Source: Hemiscyllium ocellatum
Taxonomy: Eukaryota
NCBI RefSeq assembly: GCF_020745735.1
Contig: NC_083409.1
Coordinates: 17,174,619-17,238,618 of the forward strand
Direction of reading: 5' to 3'
DNA length: 64,000 bases
Positions within the stretch are counted from its first letter, which is position 1. Every line of letters begins with the position of its first letter. Under the pieces are notes generated by a model, which made no database searches, was not told the DNA's origin, and saw nothing but the letters and a program-made list of their open reading frames with translations. A program made the translations under genes and the position numbers. Below are positions 57,417-64,000 of the stretch, piece after piece.

Positions 57417-60400
57417 GAGGAAAGTGTGTCCAGCAGGCTAAGATAAAAGGTAGGGAGGTGGGACTTGGGGGAGGGGTGATGGAGATGTGATAGGTGGAAG
57501 GAGGTCAAGGTGAGGGTGATAGGCCGGAGTGGGGTGGGGGCGGAGAGGTCAGGAAGAAAATTAGAGTTTAGGAGGGCGGTGCTGAGTTTGAGGTAATCGA
57601 TTGAGACAAGGTGGGGGGAGGGGAAATGAGGAAATTGGAGAAATCTGAGTTCATTCCTTGTGGTTGGAGGGTTCCCAGGCGGAAGATGAGGCGCTCTTCC
57701 TCCAACCGTCATGTTGTTATGTTCTGCCGATGGAGGAGTCCAAGGACCTGCATGTCCTTGGTGGAGTGGGAGGGAGAGTTAAAGTGTTGAGCCACGGGGT
57801 GGTTGGGTTGGTTGGTCCGGGTGTGAATTTGAGGGCAGGTTGGAAGTTGTTAGCAAAGTTGATGAACAGCTCCAGTTCAGCCTGAGTGCAGGATGCAGTA
57901 CTGATGCAGTCACTGATGTAATGGCGGAAGATTTGGGGAACAGTGCCTGTGCATGTCCTGGTGAGGTGTTGTTTGATGTAGCCGACAACAAGCAGACATA
58001 GCTGGGACCCATGGCCACCCACTGGATTTGGAGGAAATGGGAAGAGTTGAAGGAAGCTGACAGATCACATGGAAATGTTTGGAAAAGGTTCGCAAGGGCA
58101 CAGTCCAGGCTTCCTGCAAATATCAGCCTTCCTTCTATTGTAGTGCTTCTTCACAGGAGCTTCTCTCTGGCGGTTTCAAGTACACATCCTCCGTGGAAAT
58201 ATCACAGGCTTTACTGAAATGGAATGAACTGAAAGAAGAGAAGGAAATGGGAAGAATTAACCAGACAAGGGTGAGCATCAAGAGAGATGGGAGTGTGTGG
58301 AAGACTCTGTGTCATTAAAAAGTCCCAAAGGAGTTTCACAAGAAAATCTCAAATCCTTGCAAGGATATAAGAGGGAGATGACTTACTGACATCAAACAGG
58401 TTGAGTGTTAGGGACCCTGTGCCTCTGGTGCCTAACTCTATATGAGACATTACAGTCAAGGATGGTTGATGTGTAAATAAAGGGTGACTTGATGATGTGG
58501 AGTTATTTCATGATCAATGACTGGGGGCAGAGATTTGAGTGAAATGGCAGAAGATTAAGAGGGAATGTGAGGAAACACGCTTTCATGCAGAAGGTGGTGG
58601 TCATTTGTAACTTGCTTTCTGTAAGGGTAGTTGAGGCAGAAGCTCTCCCATAACATTGAAGCATTTTGATGTGCAGCTGTGATGCCAAGGTACACAGGGC
58701 TACGGGCCAAGTGCTGGAACATGGAATTAGAATAGTGAGGTGGTTGTTTTGGCTGGCTTTGGCTCATTGGGCCGAATGGCCTTGTTCTTGTAGACCTGTT
58801 GTAGCTGTCTGACTCTGCTAGGACTCCAGCAATGTGGCTGACCCTTACCTGCCATTTGAAAGGCCGAGCTGAAAATGTGTTGCTGGAAAAGCACAGCAGG
58901 TCAGGCAGCATCCAAGGAACAGGAGATTCGACGTTTCGGGCATAAGCCCTTCTTCAGAAAATCCCTGATTTTCAGCTCTGATCTCCAGCATCTGCAGACC
59001 TCACTTTCTCCTCCCATTTGAAAGGCCGAGCAAGCCACTCAGTTTCAGGACAGTTAGGGATAGAGAACAAATGCTGATCTTGCCAGCAAGACCCACATCC
59101 CAGGAAAGAGTAGACGGCCTCAGTGATAACACCGTCACCTGAACCTGCAGGTTTCAAGCCCCACTCCAGACACTGGTGCACTATCCTGAGGCTGGCAAAG
59201 GCAAAGACGCCATCTGCTGGATGATCGGTTAAACCACTGCCCTCTCAGGTCAATGTGAATATAAGGGCTTTGTGACCGTCTCAGGGAAGCTCTCCCCAGT
59301 GTGCTGGCCGATGCTTCTCTTATAACCAATGGTATTAAAACAGATACAAAAGTAAAATACTGCAAATCTCAAATAGTGCGTGATGCTGGAGAAAGGGAAC
59401 AGGTGCAGCCACATTAGAGAGAGGAGGGAATAATGTTTTGGATTCAGTAATGTTTTATCAAAAGACACCACAGTTTTTGATGATTTTATTTAATTTTAAC
59501 CTGTTTTATGTTATTTTGTTTTATTTAAATCTTGTTTATCAAATTGCAGCTGGCTTGATTGGCACCACATCGACATATATCCATTGCCTCCACACTGACC
59601 CTCAGTAACAGCTGTGTGCACTATCTACAAGATACATTGCAGAGGTTCAGCAAAGATCCTGAGAGAGCACCTTCCAAACCCATGACCACGTCCATCAAGA
59701 AGGACATGGTAGCTGATACACAGGAACACCACTCTTTGCACGTTCCCCTCCAAGCCATTCAGCATTCTGATATGGAAATATATCACTGTTCCTACATTGT
59801 TACTGGGTCAGAATCCTGGAATTCCCTTCCTCCACACATTGTGGGTCAACCTACAGCACACAGACTGCAGCGGTTCAAGAAAGCAGCTCAGCGCCACTGT
59901 GTACATGACAATGAGAGATGGACAGTAACAAGGCTGGTGAAAAGTAAGAGCAGGTGTGATTAGGGATCTGAAAGTGAGAATGTGATGTTTCAGTTCTTCC
60001 TGGACATCTCAAGGTTTGTATGAACTTTTGGTCTCCTAATTGCAGAAAGAATATAAATCCATTGGAAGTGTTTCAGAGGAGTTTTATCCGACTGATCCAT
60101 GGTATGAGGGGGCTGTGTGGTGAGGAAGGATTGGAAAGGCTGGCCTTGATCTCACTGGAGTTTTGAAGAGTGGGGGATTTTCCTGTCCCACTGTATTCTC
60201 CAAACCCTTACCTGACCCCCTCTTGGGTCATACCCTCCTGCCCCTTACTAACATGGAATTGGACTGCCCAGTCCTGAGGCTTACACCTTCCATCTGGAAC
60301 AAAGTCTCCAGGTATCGCTGCCCCTCCCTGATGTATCAGGATTCTTACAACTCAGTTTCCAATCCAAACCCCCTGAGTGGGAGTTGCTGTAGATTTATAC

Positions 60401-62797
60401 AGACACTACAAATGTATTTACCCTGAATCATTTCAGTTTAATGAACAAATGCTGATCCCACTTACAAATGAAAGAAATCAATTCTTTCATTAAACTAGTC
60501 ATTGTCCTCAGTCTCTGGATCAATGTTTCAGTGCTTTTAATTTCTTGAATTTCCCTCATGGAGGTTTTCTAAACATACTATTGATATGGTTCCTTACACA
60601 AATCTCTTCCCAGCTGATCTGGCCAACAGACTCCTGTCCCCTTGTTTATTATTTTGCTATTTTCAATCCAAGTGCATGTGCAGGCTCCCATCAGCTGAAG
60701 TGACAGTCAGTTCACCAAACTCCCACATTGACCAAACTTCCCAGCATCCCCCTCTGTGCCAGCTGCACTGAGTGCCAACTGCAGGATATAGGCTGGCCTG
60801 TATTTATACTGGTGCTAATTGGTATCACTTTGTTCTGTTGTGCTATTACAGTCATAGAGATGTACATCACGGAGACAGAACCTTCAGTCCAACTCGTCCA
60901 CGCTGACCAGATATCCCAACGCAATCTAGTTCCACTTGCCAATGCTCAGGATCTGGGTAAAGTTAGATCATTTCTCAGTCTGAAGCTTCCTTCTTTCAGC
61001 CTGAGAAATACGTTACTTTTACAACAAACGAATGTGACTTTAATGCTGGAATCAGTTTTGAACATTAATGGGCTCAATGGTTTGATTCAATGTGGTAAGA
61101 TAAGAAATATCTGTGACACTTGTTGTAATCCAGTCTTCTCTAACCAATCTCTTCAGGGGCCAGGATGAGTGTGAGGAGTTTGGGTTTTGATGGAAGTCCC
61201 CACAGACTCAAGTCAAAAGAAGCAAAGCAAGAAAGACAGGTGGATCGAATACAAGAGAGCACATTATGAGGGAAAACCAATTATTACCAAAGGAGAGAGT
61301 GACAACATTGAATTGCTTCTTGTGTCATCCTCTGCGCCCTTACGTTTCACAGTGTCAGCTCCACATCCTTCCATTGGCTTTGTCATTGAGAGTCAACGGT
61401 TCCCTTCCCACAGCCCTTTTTAAAATGGCCTGCCCCAGGGAATCACTCAGACAGAGAATATTTCACCTTTTCTGGGAAGGTTGGAGAAAAATTGGATGTC
61501 GATGAGCTGCTTTCTCAGACTTCAGTGTCTGACAGAAGGATGTGTACCGTCTGTGGATTCTGGAGACAGATCACTGAGATATTCCTCACTCCCATCAACA
61601 CCTGACTTTATTCTGAAATCAGTTTCTATTCTTCATTATAAAGTACCCCCACCAGTTTCAGACTAGACATTTCACACCCAGCCTCCATTTCCTCACATTG
61701 GAATCAAGAACCAAACTTGCCCCATCTCAGGATTGCCCTCTGAATGTGGTGTCAGTGTGCTAATGCTGTGTTTGATGAAAGAGCCGCAGTGGAATCTGGG
61801 ACTGAATCCAAGGGGTTTCTGATCCACCAGCAGCCTCCATGCTGTGTGAGATTCTGTTTGGATAAGATTTCAGCCCCATGGTTCCCACTGGTACGAGAAC
61901 CATGGAGTGAGATTGCTGGAGCCACGTGTGGACTGAGGAACACAACAGTCAGGACAATGAGCTGCTCTGGAATCCACCCTGAGCCCTGGATGGTTGTCAC
62001 TGAGATGGCCCAGGGGCTACAGAATATGACAGCAGAAGTTGGAACCAGTTTATCATTGACTGTCCCCCCAGCCATGACTCCCAGACTGAACATTCTCAAT
62101 CTGACCCCAGGGGCAATTCCATCTGATTTGAAGAGTAAAGAAAACCCAGGTCTAATTTATGGAATATTTATTACCCAAACCCTGTGGAATTGTTATTTTG
62201 AGTTCCAAGATTCTGCTGATCGTATTGATCAATAGAGTGTCCCCAGTGACCCTGATCTGATTTGCTTGGCTCAGGATCTTGCTGTCCCTGATGGATGGGA
62301 TGGTGTGGAGGGGGAATTGTGATCAGAATATTTTGTATCAGGGATGGATAAAGTTAGTATAGTGGGTGACATGGTGGCTCAGTGGTTAGCACTGCTACCT
62401 CATAGTGCCAGGGACCTGGGTTCGATCCTCGTCTCAGGCGAATGTCTATGTGGATTTTGCACATTCTCTCCAAATACAAATCAAATGCTGTTTGGAATAT
62501 TTACTTTGCAAACCCTGTGGTATTGTTATTCTGGGTAGTAAGATCCTGCTGGTCAAATTGATCAATAAAATGCGAACTGAACTGCTTGGCTCGGGATCTT
62601 GCTGTGCTGAAAGAATGTGTTGGTGTTCAGGGGAATTCCCATCAGATTATTGTGTTCCCCATTACCCCCTCTATTCTCCCCTTCCTGCTCCATACCTGGG
62701 GGTGGGGTGGAGCTTTTCACTTCGTACACCTATCCCTGAGGACTCAGCTCTGGCCATTCCCAAAGCACACAGACACAGAGACTGAATCTTCTTCATC

Positions 62798-62803
62798 TTT
62801 ATT
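62798..62803 (-). terminator. AATAAA of the duplicated C exon
   Basis: Equivalent to 28750-28755. Confidence 0.6.
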
Positions 62804-63330
62804 CCCTTTTCCAGATTGACATTGACAGAAAACAGTCAGCAATTAACAGCCCAGACAGAGGAAGCTGCTCAAATTCACAGCCACATTGGAGCTTGAGGAA
62901 AACACTTGTGGGGATTTTCTCAATAACATGAGAATCCTGTCCCTTTAAACAGTGACAAAACCTTAAATTGGAACTGGCGGCTGAGCAGAAAGGAGGTCTG
63001 TTTTACTGAAACAGAGACGTTTGAGGTTCACATTGTTTTTGCACAGCTAACAGTCTTTAGCATCTTCGAGAGGTTATACTTGACATCGCAAGTTAACACT
63101 GTCCCCATCAAACACATCCAGGTCAGGGAAGGCATGGGGCTAGATAAAGAGTAAAGTTTTCTCTACACTATCCCAATGACCTGCCTTAACCCCTGAAGCT
63201 CAGAAGTGTCTCTGAGCCAGTCCTCAGAAGGAAGAGAGTTGAAATTCAGTGCTGACAATGACCTTTGACCTGCCAGCTCAGCCCTGTTCTATTTAAAGTT
63301 GTGTCTCCTCTGTGGACTGTCTCCAACACT

Positions 63331-63659
63331 CTACACACATTCTGATCTCCTGATGCTCTTGCTGAGGGGAGAGGGGAGGGTCACATGGGTGAGGGCACAG
63401 GAGAAGCGAGCGTTGGACTCCCAGTCAGGCCCAGAGAGGGTCAGCAGGCTGCTGACACTGTAGGTGCTGTCCGAAGCTCGCAGGTAGTTGCTGGTCTGAA
63501 CCCCGTCCGAAATGACTGCACCGTCCTTCTTCCACTGCACCTCCAGCTCATCGGGATAGAAGTGATTGGCAAGGCACACCAGGGTGGCAGTGCCCTTGGC
63601 ATTAATCTGCTCCAGGGAGGGGGGCAGCAGGGTCAGCTTGGGCTGAGAGTTGTCACGGA
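63331..63659 (-). CDS. IGKC: Ig kappa-type constant exon, same as 29283-29611
   Basis: Same acceptor and identical translation; lies in the duplicated block, so it may be the same locus assembled twice. Confidence 0.9.
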
Positions 63660-64000
63660 CTGAAAGACAAAAGAAACAATTTTAATCCCTGCCTTTTGAA
63701 GGGAATTCAACACTCACAATATTCACTGGCAATACAATCTTTTTGAACATTCTTAGTCAATACAGAATAAACCCAACAAATGAACAGACACTGTTCAAAT
63801 TGCTTCTTGCGATCTGAGTGTCACTGGCAGGGCCAGCATTCATTACCGTCCCTAGGTGTCCCTGAGAAGGTGATGGTGAAGCAGCAGAGAGAGAAGGGAC
63901 AGTTTTGGACCATTGGTTATGGAATGAATGTGGGCAGCTGGAAGGGCTATCGATGGGGAAGCACTTTAGTGACAGCGATCAGAACTCAGTGAGATTGAGA

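Larger units (their letters stand above)
49799..64000. repeat. Near-identical direct copy of 15723-29952 (probable assembly overlap/haplotig; a very recent duplication is the alternative)
   Basis: Offset falls from 34076 at the start to 34048 at the end; many 1-bp deletions in the first 2 kb, only a handful of substitutions afterwards. Confidence 0.97.

Noticed and set aside
63331-63659. Third independent C gene
   Set aside because: Not counted as independent: it is identical to 29283-29611 and lies in the probable assembly duplication.

Overview
Eukaryotic, repeat-rich DNA from a cartilaginous fish (shark; species inferred from the Ig sequences and repeat families, not determined). The only host genes belong to a minus-strand immunoglobulin kappa-type (type III / NS4-like) light-chain cluster: promoter, leader exon (41968-42016), an unrearranged V exon with a 12-RSS (41483-41781), one J with a 22-bp-spacer RSS (40948-40982), an 11.3-kb intron and an intact C exon (29283-29611). 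A second, frameshifted C exon with no V or J of its own lies 22 kb downstream (6840-7167) inside an older duplicated block of about 4.5 kb. After a 13-N gap (49786-49798), bases 49799-64000 repeat 15723-29952 almost exactly, including a third C exon; this is probably a scaffolding overlap artefact. The rest is decayed CR1 LINEs, Penelope-like elements (RT + GIY-YIG), a Tx1 fragment, tRNA-derived SINEs and simple repeats. The most interesting non-gene signal is a set of minimal type-I hammerhead ribozyme motifs with compensatory stem changes, carried by Penelope termini and by short fold-back elements flanked by target-site duplications. All alignments and identities were made by eye and are approximate.
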